A stretch of 64,000 nucleotides of DNA from Negaprion brevirostris (lineage: Eukaryota). The stretch covers positions 13,589,736 through 13,653,735 of the forward strand of contig JARDVH010000137.1 of the NCBI GenBank assembly GCA_030324005.1, in the 5' to 3' direction. The notes below the pieces were generated by a model. It did no database searches, was not told where the DNA came from, and saw only the letters and a program-made list of their open reading frames with translations. Both the position numbers and the translations under genes were made by a program. Positions 38,325 through 52,045 of the stretch are shown here, one piece after another. The first letter of the stretch is position 1, and each line of letters starts with the position of its first letter.

Positions 38325-38915
38325 ACACATCTGCTGAAACACTCACTCATTCCACCATGACTTCCTACCTCAACTATTCAGGCTTTCTTAACTGACCTTT
38401 TGTATCCCTCCTCCTTCTATAAACTTTAACTCATCCTTAACTCTGCTGACTATATCCTTTCTTGTGCCAGGTCTTGTTCTACCATTACCTCTGCTCTCAC
38501 ACACAACTACATTGCCTCCTAGTCTTCTCGAGCTCTCAAATATGAAAATTTAATCCTGCTTTTTAAATTCTATCTAAAGGCTCATTCCTCCCTATCTCTG
38601 AAACTTCCTCCAATGTTGCAACTTTCCTCCATCCCCTTCCTTTCCCAAGCTTTGTTCTACAGATGCTGCTGATTTATACACCTCCCTGTTGTCTTGCCAG
38701 TAGTGGCTTTCTTTTCCATATCCTAGTCCCATGATTTGAACTTTCCTTAAACTTATTTAACTTCCTCTCCTCCTTTAAGATCACTTGTAAAACCTTTGAC
38801 CAAGCTTTTGGTCACTGCTGCAACATCTCCTTTGTTGGCTTGGTATTCATTTCATCCTTCAGGTTTTTATAAATCCTTTGTGAAGTATTCTGTTAAAGGT
38901 ATTGTAGTTGTTTAG
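38325..38915 (+). mobile_element. L2 LINE 3' fragment (old)
   Basis: Pyrimidine-rich L2-like remnant (catctgctgaaacactc..., ctacattgcctcc...aaaattttaatcctg, ctttgaccaagcttttggtcac). Confidence 0.55.
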
Positions 38916-39827
38916 TAGTTCATAACTTCGTTGTCAAAGCTTTTCGCCTTGCACTCATTAGGACAGAATCACAAGAATACCAAATTTCAAAGGAACAAGG
39001 AACTTGTACGACAAGCGAAGAGGGTGGTGATTGGTTGGGAGGCAGGTCCTGATTGGTTGTGACATTGCCATGGAGAACGCACGAGGGAATCACTATCCCA
39101 AAGATTTTTAAATTCGAAACAGGCAGGTGAACTCTGGTCGAGATATTGCACCAGAGAGTACTTCTGTTTAGTTGAAAAAGGTGCAATGCCAGGACATGTT
39201 CTTCTTGTTTGCAGAGGACAGTGCCCTGAGTGTGAATATATGTAGCATATAGCAGACGTAAGTGAGCCGCAACACAGTTGGCATTGTTGTTCAACAGCAG
39301 AATTGCACTAACAACTAATTTTATATTATCGGTTGAGCTGTAATGTGGCCACATCTGCTAGAATCTACACATTCATACACAGGACCCTGTCTGTCCTCTT
39401 GCAAATAAAAATAACATGTCCAGGCATTGCACCTTTTTCAATTAAGCAAAGGCTTTGGGGTGCAACTGTCCCCTGGTGCATTCCCAAGGGCAACACCTTG
39501 ATCAATCAAAATCCATTTGTCAACCAATCTGCACCCTTTTATGTGGTATAAATTATTTGTTCCGTTTTGAAATTTGGTATTTTTGTCATTTCTGTTCTGA
39601 TGAGTACAAAATGAAGCTTCAACAGTATGTATCTTTTTTCAGCAATAAAGGTATGAATATAAATGTCTATTGTCACATTGAGAAGAAAATCAAAGAGGTC
39701 TGTATCTTATTTTATAAAATTTAAAATGTAATTATAGAAATATCGACAGAAGTTTCATCGCGGGTGGTGTCTGGGTACCTTTGTTCTGTTCAGACGTATT
39801 TAATAAAAGTCCTTTTTTTCTCTCTAG

Positions 39828-40628
39828 GCACTGACAAAAGAAGGTTTAGAATCCATCTCAAACAGTTCCAAACAGCTCTTGGTTTCGGCTCTACAAGAAC
39901 TTCAGGTCAAGAACTCCAGCACTGCTCCCCACAAACCTGTTCAGTTTGAGTACAATGTTGCTGCATTTCTATGGTCAGAGAGCAGCAATGATCTTTTAGC
40001 AGATACTGCCTGGGTCAGTGTAACAAATCGTAGCCAGTTTGTAAAGAGTGGACTCTCTATGAAAGCCCAAGCTCTCACACTTTGTGTTCAAAATTTCTGT
40101 ACTGCACTTGACTCCAAATTAAAAGTTAAATTGGATGATTTGGTTACATACCTTCCACCTGATTCTTCTTCTGTTAAGGACAGTTTAAATGAACACTCGT
40201 CCTTACAGCTACAGAGTTCAGCGTTTGATAGGTATGCTGATACAGCTAAGGTTGAAGAAATGCTAAGGACACATTGCCTTTCTTGTGTACAGTATATTCT
40301 GGACTGTGTGAAAGCAGAGCTTAAAATGGCAGAAGAGAAATTACAAAATTGCACATACACTCTGAATGATTCCAATCTCAGTGCTGTCCTTTTCATGGCA
40401 CGGTTATGCCAATCTATAGGAGAACTCTGCCCTCATCTAAAGCAGTGTATTTTGGGTAAATCAAGTGGTAATGATGTACTTCTACGTGAGCCCCGTCCTG
40501 TCAAGAAGCTGGGTAAAGGGAAGCTGCAAGAAGTGAAACCAACGCAAGCTAAGTGGCAGGAAATGAAGGATCAGCTGTTGCAACAGAGCATGAGTGCTTA
40601 TAGGATTTGGAATGTTACCATATCAAAG
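39828..40628 (+). CDS. COG1: COG1 exon 7 (801 nt)
   Basis: tctctctag|ALTKEGLESIS...FLWSES.NDL...GLSMKAQA...VLFMARLCQSIGELCPHLKQCILGK...TISK|gtcagt. Confidence 0.97.
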
Positions 40629-42802
40629 GTCAGTGACCAATTTACCTGATATTTGCTTATAAATAGTTTTTGTTTTAACAATGCTTTTATGCCACAGAAT
40701 TGTTCTGCGAATTCGGATTTTCATCTTTTTGCTTATAAAGGTAACCCAAAAGTTAAAAATCCAGAGCAGAAAAAATGCTGAACAGTTGCAGGGTAATGTG
40801 ATTGATTTATTTTCCCTTTTGGAAAGTATGTTTGTCCTCTGAGTGTACTCCAGTCAGCTGTTGCTCCACTTCCCCAGTTCACTGATTCTCCCTTCCAGTT
40901 CCAGTTCAGTCTTGCATTGCTGATTTATAGTCTCCTAGCCTCCGTATACCCTTCTGGGCCACCTCCAATTTTAGATTGGCATTATGAATCAGAATAGAAG
41001 GTTGGAGGATTGGATTGTCGCATAATTTCACTGAAGGACGTTTCTGTGTGTTGTTGCTGTACATTGGGGGCTGCAGTTTTCTGATCATAACATTTCCTTT
41101 TGCCTTCAGCCCAGGTTCCTCTTTCTTAAAATTAAATAGATACAGTGGGAGCTGAACCTGGTGGTTGAGTGAAGAGTTGTCACTTAAATGTAAGAGCTGG
41201 AAGAATGGATTGAAAATAATGCAAATAATCAGACTTGTTATTATAAAAATTCCTGTTGGATTTATGACTGTAAATCTGAATCACAGAGAGGCACTTTCTT
41301 CTTTTATCTGATTTAAGTTCATACTTTTACTATATATAATAACTTTTTGTTTAATTGGGACAATTCCATTTGAACCTAATCCACTTTGTGTTATCGCATC
41401 CTAATAGGACCTACTGGTGATTTTTGCTGGACTGGGCCTGGATTTTTTTTCCACAGCAAAAACTGCATTTTATAGCCTATCATACAAATCTGCTGCTGGT
41501 TTAACTGCTAATACAAGTGGTGGATTTGTATTAGAAGCATGGTGATTTTATTGCCTCTGACTTCACAAGGCCACTGGCCTGAATAGCATTATAAATTGAT
41601 AATAAAAATTCATGGTTTCCCTGGAGGAGAGCTCCCAGTGATTGCCAGAGCTGTGGGAAGAATTTTCTTCAATTTTACCCAAAACATTGGCCTCGTAGTC
41701 ACTCCTTATTGCTAAGGGTTCCCAGTGCAGCTGAATGTCACATAGAGGGAGAGAGAGATAGGAGGAGGAAGGTTTCAACCACATGGACTAACAGCTGTAC
41801 ATTTTCCTTTTGCTATATGTTTCGTCTCTATTTCCAAAATCATACTGCAATGTAAATGAGAGCATCTTAACAGGAGTTTGAGAATTCAAGCCTATTGAAA
41901 ATCTTTGTCCCGTATTTTATTCTGTTAATATATCCACAGACTTTAATACAAAAATGGAATTGAGCTTTACATGAAGAAATCCGTCTCAAATGTGTAAAGT
42001 TTTCAGTTATTATATTGTAACATCTAAAGTTTAATTACCTGACCTGTTCACTATGATATAAAGTGCCTTTTTGAGAATTAGGTTAAATTGCAACTTTCAC
42101 CTCCAGAATTACCAGCTGATTGAATAATTTGCTGCGTTTAGAAGCAATGGTACTATAGCTTTAATTTCTATTTCATTTGAGGATGCCGAGCAGGGCAAGG
42201 AAAGTTCTGCTTAATTTGTTTAAAATCATTGTGTGGTCCTGCGATCAATGTGCTATGAAAAGTGATTTGGTTTCTACAATGTTCACCTGATTTAAAAAAG
42301 GTAGGTGTGACCTACCATTGCTGAGTTCAATACTGTCTAGCCAAATCCTCAGATGCCACTGAAATGAAATGTTGCCTTGCAAAGCCAATGACCGTGCAGG
42401 CTGACTTGTTGCACACAACGGCTCCCACACATAGGGGTTTTGATTAATTATAGTTTAGTTTGAGCAACGTTTGTGAGATGAAGTGATTTTTACATGATGT
42501 TTGTAGCTTGGCTACAGTTGTTAGTAATGGCTAAAGCTCTCATATCTAGTAAAATAGAGATGTTTTACATACAGGTGCTACAAACTTTTTGAACATATGA
42601 TTGGCAGCATGCCTTATTGGATTGGATGCCTATTTAAAAGCATGAACATTGTAAATTTAATCTTCAGTGAAATTGAGAAATCTCATATTTTTTACAATTA
42701 TTGTTCCGACTGGAAACAAAAACTTCCAATTTACTGGTGTAAAGACTAGCCATCATTTTCTCATTCCTTTATAACTAGATATTTTTGATTTCTTTCTTTA
42801 AG

Positions 42803-42949
42803 GCCCTTGTTGACCACTTCAGTCGAACATTGCACTCTCATACGGCTGGAGCTATTTTATCTACAGCCACCAACTGGGATGAAATTGAAATTCAAGAGGA
42901 AACAGAAGCTGGAAATAGTGTTACATCCAAAATTCGTCTTCCTGTTCAG
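42803..42949 (+). CDS. COG1: COG1 exon 8 (147 nt)
   Basis: tctttaag|ALVDHFSRTL...ATNWDEIEIQEETEAGNSVTSKIRLPVQ|gttcga. Confidence 0.95.
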
Positions 42950-45296
42950 GTTCGAAAGATTGTTGTTTTTTTTTCTGTGTTGTAACTCTTCGGATTATTT
43001 TTACTACATTTATGCCCACTACTCCCAAAACTGTGAAAACTCTTCACCTCCTCCCTATATTTGTTGCATTAATTGTAGGATTGCTAGTCGTTAAGGTAAT
43101 TTCCAAACTGTTGAGGAAATAGAGGCTGCTGATGGTAACAACTCTTAGTATGAAGAATTACAATTATGTCATAAAAATCCTCTTCCACGTATGACCAAAT
43201 AAATCCAGACATTTTCACAAGAAGATAAACTATAGCCTCAGCTTTTAGTACTGTTGAATTANNNNNNNNNNTTAAAACATTTATTTTTATAAAATTTGCA
43301 AATAATGTTAATACATGGCACTTTGCACTATAGTTAGCCCAGAATTTAGAATAATTGCAGAAAACAACAAGTGTGGAACGTTCATCAGTTCACGTGTACA
43401 TAATTATTCCTACTGTTATTTATAAAGTACAACTGCTGCTGGAATTTGCTAGGCTATTTCTGAGGCAATAAAAGTAGTGCTCAAAGTAATGTGAAGCCTC
43501 AGATGTCTGTAATCTAATCTAGATCATGTGGCAAGAATATAAACCCTGACTACATACAATACAGAACTGAAATGTAAAATTCTATTGATAGTTGCAATAC
43601 TACCACTGAAACATTCAATCTGATGATAGTAATGGAATGGGAATTCTGTTTCTTGGAAGGCTTCTTTTGCATGTTTGTACTGATTTAATGCTTGGACAAA
43701 GTGGGCCCTGATGTGATTAAGGTAGGCCAAAAATGAGAGTTTTTTTTTAAAATTATTTTTTAAACTTTTATTATGTTTTACTAACAGACTACAGTTCCAT
43801 GCAGCCAGGCTTCTTCTTTCCTCCTGTGAGGTCAGCTCAGTACTGATATGATTTTTATTAATTAGTCATAGAGAAGAAAAAAAAGAAATGGACATGTGAA
43901 ATATGTTCTTTTGTTCCCTTGGCTCAGCTNNNNNNNNNNCATATGTAGGGAAGCTTTTCCAACACATCCGTACATGCGAAGATTAATGCAGAAATTTAGA
44001 AGGTGCCCGCAGTTATTCTATGCTCTTCCAGAGTGCACTGTGGAGGTTCCATCAGCCTGCAATCCCAGTGACAGAATACTCTGCTTTTAAACTGCTCGTC
44101 TTGCTATGAAAACCCTTGAAAAATGTGCATCTTTCAAATGAGATGTAACTTGGGTTTCTGAAGCATTACCAAGTTCATAATTATTGCTGTAAACTCCCAA
44201 CTGTTTGGAAGAGCTGATTTTATTTTAGTGAATGATCACACTTCTCCATTATGACACCATTTCACTTCAGTTTGTTCATAATATTTTAGTTTCTAAATCC
44301 AATCATCATTTATTTCACTATTTGAAACTGTCAATTAAAAGTGAAGGATAATAAATGCTTTTAGCTTCCTAGTTTGTTGTCTTTAAAAATACTTGCATGT
44401 GACTGCCCTTGATCTCTACAGAGATTACTAGATCTTTCAGGGTAGTTTTCTTAAGATCAGCAGCCACTATTTAAAGTAATACACCTGGTTTACTTCCTGC
44501 ATATTCTTAACAATTTTTCCTACATCTAAATTGACCTCTTGATGCTTCTTTGATGTGCTGAAAAGCACAAATTTTGCTTCCTAACCAGACCACAGTTTCT
44601 TGGGGTTAGCCGTACCACCCTTCACTGGGTGGTAAGGCTTGAATCTCCCTGTATTTCATTGGGATCTAGAACAGGATGAAATAATAAAGGTGCAATCGAT
44701 TATTTCAGCTCCAGTTTAACATTATTTTGGCTTTGTTGATTGCTGTTGCACATTGGTTAATGCCAAGTCTTTAAAGGTTACTTCTAATTTCATCCATACC
44801 TATTTCCACCCCATTTATGTTGTGTGCCTCTTGTTCTTTTTCTTCTGATTTGTGACATTCTATAATAGACTACATTAAGTGACTTCTCTTTGTTTTACCT
44901 ATTTGCACATTTTGTTCAATTCATTTTGTAATTTGAGCTGCTTCCAGTTCTGCACCTAGTTATGTCCAGGTCATTAGTGTAAGTGAATTTTCTGTCTTGC
45001 TGAATTTATGCCCAGCTGCCAGAGGTGCAAAAATTATTCTTAATCTGCAATGCAATTCAATCCCTTTATCAGACTCTACATTTAAAGTTGTGTCAAAGAA
45101 TTGTGCTATCTTTGAAAATTGTGTCCAAGTTTTTGGACTATTGTATTTCATATGCACCCTGGTAATGAGATTTCCAGTTGTTGCAGGTCCAACTGAAGGA
45201 GCTGAATTAATATTTGTGGTTGATATGAAAATACTGTGAGGCACCTCGGATCAAATTATCGTTGTTGAAGTTCACTCAGCTTCTTTGTGTCAATTG

Positions 45297-45556
45297 CATG
45301 ATGGCACAGTGGTTAGCACTGCTGCCTCGCAGCACCAGGGACCTGAGCTCAATTCCTGGCTTGGGTAACTGTCTGTTTGCATGTTCTCCCTGTGTCTGCA
45401 TGGGTTTCCTCCAGGTGTTCTGGTTTCCCCCCAAAGATGTACAGGTTAGGTGCATTGGCCTTGCTAAATTCTCCTTCAGTGTACCTGGACTGTGGCAACA
45501 AGGGTATATTCACAGTAACTTCATTGCCATGCCAATAAAAGCCTACTTGTGACACT
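45297..45556 (+). mobile_element. V-SINE, tail type B
   Basis: Head, core and tail B ending gcctacttgtgacac. Confidence 0.8.
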
Positions 45557-45864
45557 GTTTTAAAACAGTAACTTCTCTGAGCTACCATTTTGAATGAAAG
45601 AAATCTGCTCTCTAAAAATAGTTTTCTCAAAGCTTAACTTGAGAGGCTTCTCAAAGAGACCACAGTTCCTTTGCTTTTGCTAAAAGTGATATTAGTGGCA
45701 AGATTCCATTATATAATTGAGAAAATTCAGAGTCGCTTTAGCAATTTGTATTAATTGTTTTGTAATTACTAAACCACATGTTTATCATCAAATTAATTTC
45801 AAGAACATTCAATTATTATTCTAGTACTTAATTTATTTTGTGCTTTTGTTTTTTCTTTTGATAG

Positions 45865-46026
45865 CCATCTTGGTACGTCCAGTCACTGCTATTTAACTTA
45901 TGTCAAGAAGTAAACCGGGTTGGAGGTCATGCTCTCCCTAAGGTCACGCTTCAGGAGTTGCTGAAGACTTGTTTGGATGAGGTGCTTACCAGTTATGAAA
46001 CATTATGTTCTGTAAAACAAGATAAG
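45865..46026 (+). CDS. COG1: COG1 exon 9 (162 nt)
   Basis: ttttgatag|PSWYVQSLLFNLCQEVNRVGGHALPKVTLQELLK...QDK|gtgtgt. Confidence 0.96.
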
Positions 46027-47229
46027 GTGTGTATTTATATATTTTTAAAAACTTGTCAAGACATTGTTGGTGTATCTAATTAATACTGTAATTACACAAA
46101 ATACTCAAAGAAAATACCAAGTAGTGAACTGTACTTCAAAAATTAATACCTGCAAGTTTGATTGAAAGCTATTCGTCATTGTCTGTAATTCCTCTCCTTG
46201 CTGTTTATTTAATTCAGTTGATCAGTTTGTTTACTCATGAGGAATTGTGTCCTTCGCTTCATATTAATATATAAACAAAATCTACATTAATTGACTTTTT
46301 AATGGATAAAAAAAGTATGACAGGATGTCTTTAATTTCAGTGGGATAGTGGAATTTTTTGGCTCTGTCTCTTATGTTGCCTAGGAAACTGTATGTGTAGC
46401 CATGGTTATCTGTGTAGACCATGTTCGCAATGGTGATAAGCAGCTCACACCATCAGTTTGCAATATGCTTTATATTTGATTAGTTGTTGATGGCATCTGT
46501 AATCCTTTAAATAAAAATTATGATTGNNNNNNNNNNNNNNNNNNNNNNNNNNNNNNNNNNNNNNNNNNNNNNNNNNNNNNNNNNNNNNNNNNNNNNNNNN
46601 NNNNNNNNCGGATCTCTGAGCGTTTGGAAGATACTGAACTCCACAAGGCATCCTGTATGAGCCAACAGCAACATTGGCAGGGCAGGTGCAGGGAGAGAAC
46701 TAGTGACTTTATTTGTTTTGTTTCTGTTACAACTTATCTTCTGTTTTAGATCCCCATTGCTCCAAATTATTTCTCATTCAGGGGGCAGATAGATACCCAG
46801 CTGAATTACCTTTGACAAATTTATAGAGGATAAAAGTGTCTCCTGGATTGTAACCTTTTTGCCATTCCATGTCTGTTTCTTGTTTGTTGGCCAAAATTCG
46901 TGACTTTTCAATGCATAGGCTGAGCTCTTCATTAAAAGACAAGTTGTTTGTCACCATAGATCTACGATAACAGAATTTGCTGAGTGATATATTGTAAATT
47001 TACCTTGTAGGGAATTACTGGAACTCTGCTACTTTCAGCAACAAGGTGTGATGGCAAAGTTTTAAAGAATATCAACTGTACTTAGCAATCAGAAGTCCAT
47101 CGTTCAAGAACTTTTTTTCTTCTGACTCCGAGGCACCTTGGCATGAAAGATTACTGAACTAACTTCCTTGGAACATGATTGCAAGATGTGACATTAACAT
47201 TTTCATGTTCAATTTGTGTTCTGTTTCAG

Positions 47230-47357
47230 ATCGATTCTGCGTTCCCTTTAACCCAAAATAGAGCTCTGCAACTGCTTTTCGATCTTAGGTACCTTGGTTC
47301 AATTTTAACAGCCAGAAATGAAGAGCTAAAAAGCAGCAGAATCCAGCAGGACCCCAG
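47230..47357 (+). CDS. COG1: COG1 exon 10 (128 nt)
   Basis: gtttcag|IDSAFPLTQNRALQLLFDLRYL...QQDP AG|gtactg. Confidence 0.95.
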
Positions 47358-47467
47358 GTACTGAATATTTGTTAAGTAGAAAAGTGATTCAGATTCATAA
47401 TTTTTATAGACCTGATATTGGAGATACAAATGTTATGGTTGCTATTCCTCTGTGTTTTTTGACACAG

Positions 47468-47576
47468 GGTTCAGAATGTGGCAGATGCTCTGGAAAGCCA
47501 TATTGATCCATTTGATTTGGATGTTTTTACTCCACACCTTAACAACAATCTGAACAAACTTTCTCAAAGAACCTCA
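47468..47576 (+). CDS. COG1: COG1 exon 11 (109 nt)
   Basis: gacacag|G VQNVADALESHIDPFDLDVFTPHLNNNLNKLSQRTS|gtaagt. Confidence 0.96.
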
Positions 47577-47976
47577 GTAAGTACAACATTCATATTCAAA
47601 ATAAATTTATCCTGTGTTTTTTCAAGTTGCAACCTTGGCTGGAATATTGGGCCAATATTTAATTAAACTGAGCTGTTGCGAGGAAGGAAAGTTACTGGAG
47701 TATTACCTTTCTTGTGTGCGGCTGACCCCAGAGCCACAGCTTTGTCCATATTATATAGATATCTAAGGTTGCCGCCTTTTATGCTTTCTTTCGGATTTGC
47801 TGTACTGATAAAGTAGAAATAAAACAAACGTTACTAGAAATGTACATACTTTCCAGGTTAAAACAATGATGTATAAGTGCTCATTTAACGCTTTGCAGTC
47901 TATTTATCATTGCCCAATTGAGATTTTACAAATACCGTTGTGATTTATAACCTACCATTATTTAAAGGACTATATG

Positions 47977-48310
47977 TAGGTCGAGTATCCTTTATCTATA
48001 AATCTGAAAGCTGAACACATCCAAAAACAATTAATTTTAAAGCTCGTTGAGTATGGGTAGTCTAGTTGTTCGTCTGCATTATTTAGCTTGCAGTTTATGG
48101 TCAACCTGTCAAAAGGAAACCTTTTCAGGTACCCTGAACTACTTATTCAGTGATACATCTTAACTTTCTAGCCATTTTGTTTAGAGCATAGCTAACCTAA
48201 GCTTAAGCTATTGTAATGCAATTTTTTCATGTGGTATCTGAAAACCGAAATGATCTGAAATCCAAAACACAGTTAGTCCTGAGAGTTATAGATAAAGGAT
48301 ACTTTTTCTG
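47977..48310. mobile_element. Tigger4/MER46-like (Tc1/mariner pogo) MITE
   Basis: Perfect 18-bp TIR core agtatcctttatctataa / ttatagataaaggatact, a 3' TA, and subterminal aaatccaaaacac..gtcc motifs. Confidence 0.7.
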
Positions 48311-48525
48311 TACCCTGAGATACTCATAGAAAATCCTTTTTATAAACCTTTCTGTATTGATAGATCCTTATGTAAGTTAAAGCATATTAACTACTGTCTC
48401 TTAAGCTAATTAGTTTTGATGTACTGTATGACTGAAGTAAATCATTGTCATACGTAATAAAACAACTCTGTTAATTGTCACCTCAATTTATTGCTAACCA
48501 TACTAAATTTAAAAATAACTCTAAA

Positions 48526-48858
48526 TCATAGAATCAGAGGCTGCTATATTGCAGAATGATGCCATTTGGCTCATCTGGTCTGCACCAACACTGCATCAGA
48601 GCATCTGATCCAGGCCTATCTTCGTAGCCCCAAATGTTTATCCCACTAATTCCCCTAACCTACACATCCTGAGACACTAATGGACAATTTAGCATGGCCA
48701 ATCCATCTTTGGATTATGGGGGGGAATTGGAGCACCCAGAGGAAACTGACACAAACACAAGGAGAATGTGCAAAATCTATACTGACGGTCATCCAAGGCC
48801 GAAATTGAACCCAGGTGCCTGGCACTGTGAGGCAGCAGTGCTTGCCACTGTGCTGCCT
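48526..48858 (-). mobile_element. HE1-like V-SINE, tail A
   Basis: Reverse complement of the consensus, ending ctgtgaggcagcagtgcttgccactgtgctgcc. Confidence 0.8.
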
Positions 48859-49178
48859 AACTGTATCTTATATTGTATCAATTCTGCTCACGTATCATTC
48901 CTATTCTTACTGATATAAATTGGTTTTCTATCCTTCAGTATCTTAAATCTCAAGTTTTCATCTTTAAATCCCCAATTCCAAGAAAATGTCCTTCACTGCC
49001 TTGGTGTTTTCCCAGAATTGGAAGTTCAAATTCTTCAAACACATCAGATTTCGAAATGTAAGACTTGCTGACGAAAGGCTTTGAGCCAGAGCTTTTCAGC
49101 AGCCCTTAGCATTTGGTAGGAAAGTGTTGTATTGATGTAGAAAGGCGTACTGTAAATATACATATTTCTGTCCTTTAG

Positions 49179-49288
49179 GTGCTGTTTGGGTTATTAACAG
49201 GCACAGAGAAACAATACACCAGCAGAAGTGCACCTTTTAATTCACAAGAACCTCATAACATCTTGCCACTGGCTTCTAGTCAGATCCG
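49179..49288 (+). CDS. COG1: COG1 exon 12 (110 nt)
   Basis: cctttag|VLFGLLTGTEKQYTSRSAPFNSQEPHNILPLASSQI CG|gtaaat. Confidence 0.96.
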
Positions 49289-50198
49289 GTAAATGAATTC
49301 TTGTCGTATTTCTGCAGTAGTAAGCTTGAAAGGATTATATTGAAGTAAACTTGTCAGACCACATCAACATGTGCACAAGAATTGCAGTACAGCCAAGCTT
49401 GATCATTCGATGCTTTGGTCTGTTTTCCCTGCAAATGGCAAACAGGTGATACTAGGTGGGTCTATGTACCAAAATCATTTTGCTTTGATAATAGGAATTT
49501 AATAATTATGGAAACCAGAAGACCTCCATCCTAAAGGATTCCTCACCAAATGTTCTTCAGTGACAATGTGAAGGGCTTTGGGATGCTTTACAACATTAAA
49601 GGTGCTATGTAAATGCAAGATCTTGTACAAAATTTAATTTGTAACAAGATTAAATTGTACAACTTAACCCACTGCCCCCCCCCTCCCCAATTTTAACTAT
49701 GCTTCATAATATTGTAACAATTTCAGGCAGATGGAGCTCTTCAATCCATCTAGCGTATACAGCCACAATATTTCCTTAGTCTATTTGTTATAATCCTGAA
49801 AATTATCAATTAGAATCCTTCTTGAAACCCACTAAGGTTGAAATACATCAGCCAACACAGTAATTCTGCTTCAGCACCTTATGAGCATTATGTGGCTCAT
49901 TTATCATGCAGACTGGGGTTCTCAGATCAAATCTTCCCACCAGAAAAGTATTCCCTTAGAAGTGGTCCAGCAAGATGGTAAAAGAAAAATACTAATTTTG
50001 GTGCTAATGTTCAAGTACATGTAGGCCACCTGGATTGATGGTAACAATAAAACCCTATGTTTTTGAGAAGTTCTATCCCGTATGTGCCAGCTTACCACAC
50101 AGCCCTGATAAAAAGTAAAGAAGCGTGTGCAGTTAATGCACCAAAGCAAATTGCAATTTCTGCTTTGACGCTGAACTTATTGCATACTGTTATGTTTA

Positions 50199-50490
50199 TC
50201 ATAGAATCCCTACAATGTAGAAGGAGGCCATTTGGCCCATCGAGTCTGCACCAACCATGATCTCACCCAGGCCGTATTCCCCAAATCCCACAAATTTACT
50301 CTGATTTCCCCTGTTACTCAGGTCAATTTAGCATAGCCTATCAACCTAACCCACACACCTTTGGACTGTGGGAGGAAACCCACGCAGACATGGGGAGAGT
50401 GTGCAAATTCCACACAGTCACCCAAGACCGGAACTGAACCCAGGTACTTAGCGCTGTGAGGCAGCAGAAGTAGCCACGGTCTCGCCGTGC
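50199..50490 (-). mobile_element. HE1-like V-SINE, tail A
   Basis: Reverse complement of the consensus. Confidence 0.85.
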
Positions 50491-50621
50491 TATCATGGTA
50501 ATATCAGTGAGGCTATGTAGGTTATGTAACTAATTTTTTCATCTGCTTGGATCCATAATAATTTGTCCCCTAGTGGTCAGCTAATCGACATGACATCAAT
50601 ATTGTGAATCTTTGTTTCCAG

Positions 50622-50700
50622 ATTTGGTTTGTTGCCTCTTAGTATGTCAAGTTCACGAAAGCCTAAATCATCTGTCCAGGGAAATGAAGTTAAGAATAAG
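50622..50700 (+). CDS. COG1: COG1 exon 13 (79 nt)
   Basis: tgtttccag|A FGLLPLSMSSSRKPKSSVQGNEVKNK|gttagt; restores phase 0. Confidence 0.93.
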
Positions 50701-51210
50701 GTTAGTGTAATCCCGCTCATGCATCACTCCTATTCTTACTGATATTACTTGTTCTTTCAGTATTATTGAGATGTATAATATAAACTTGATTTAAAAATAT
50801 AACTTCAGTACTATAAAAAAATTTAAATCTTTTAGTTTTTCCAAACTGTGTTTATTTATAGCTTATTGAAGTTTACATTATACAATGACCTGTTTTTTCT
50901 CTAAAACGTTAGCAAGGTGGGATTCTGACAAAATTAGCATTGCTTGTTATTTGCGGTTACGTCTTTCGCAGCCTTCCACCTCATGAGAAGATGGTGGCCA
51001 GTTTCTGTTAAACATGGAGCTCAGACACCCCATTCTGTCATGGCAGCCACTGCTGCATTGGCTGCAGGTGAAGACAAGTTTGTGGAAAGGGTGCAGGATT
51101 TGCTGGTCTCTGGTTTTCCCCGGGCCTTTTTCTTGGCCAGCCGAGCTTTCCATTTCATCTCGCCTCTTCCGAACAGTCAGCCTTCGGTGGTCATGGATGT
51201 CGACAACCGT

Positions 51211-51480
51211 ACAAAAGAACAAAGAACAACCCAGCACGGGAAACAGGCCCTTCGGCCCAACGAGCCCACGCCGCCTTTTCAACAAAGCATTTTCCTACAC
51301 CTACCCTGCCCTGTGTGTATGTGAATGGAACCCCTAATGCAGCCAGATTCAGGGGAGAATAGTGTAGGGTCAATTTGGTACACCAATCAGCCTAAGAGCA
51401 CATCTTTGGGTTGTGGGATGAAACCGGAGCACCCGGAGGAAACGCACGCAACCACAGGGAGAATGCGCAAACTCCCACAG
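51211..51480 (-). mobile_element. CR1-type tail fused to a V-SINE core (partial)
   Basis: aagaacaaagaacaacccagcacgggaaacaggcccttcggccc followed by catctttgggttgtgggatgaaaccggagcacccggaggaaac; the same tail recurs at 52885-52967. Confidence 0.65.
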
Positions 51481-51554
51481 CCACAAGCCCAAATCCATGT
51501 TTCTGCACAGCTAGCGTGGATAATCACTGAGCTGTTGTGGTGCCCGTCTGCTGG

Positions 51555-52045
51555 TCCAGGATTAAGCACACTGGTGACTGACCTCCAGCCAGAAAAGGAC
51601 CCTTCCACTACTACTCTCTGTCTCCTGTTGCCCAGCCAGTTTTCANNNNNNNNNNNNNNNNNNNNNNNNNNNNNNNNNNNNNNNNNNNNNNNNNNNNNNN
51701 NNNNNNNNNNNNNNNNNNNNNNNNNNNNNNNNNNNNNNNNNNNNNNNNNNNNNNNNNNNNNNNNNNNNNNNNNNNNNNNNNNNNNNNNNNNNNNNNNNNN
51801 NNNNNNNNNNNNNNNNNNNNNNNNNNNNNNNNNNNNNNNNNNNNNNNNNNNNNNNNNNNNNNNNNNNNNNNNNNNNNNNNNNNNNNNNNNNNNNNNNNNN
51901 NNNNNNNNNNNNNNNNNNNCATTCGCCAATTCTTCTCTCATCCTACCGTACTCCCCTCTGTTCAAACAAAGGGCGTGTGTCCGAGATCCCACTTTCTCCT
52001 CCTCCATCTGCACCAGAATCTCACACACGATCCTGTTTGTCCCCT
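51555..52045 (-). mobile_element. CR1 LINE internal fragments flanking an N gap
   Basis: ENWLGNRRQRVVVEGSFSGWRSVTS (CR1 RT motif). Confidence 0.75.

Noticed and set aside
49623-49662. Short AT-rich imperfect palindrome ttgtacaaaatttaat...attaaattgtacaa
   Set aside because: Too short and low-complexity to support any function.
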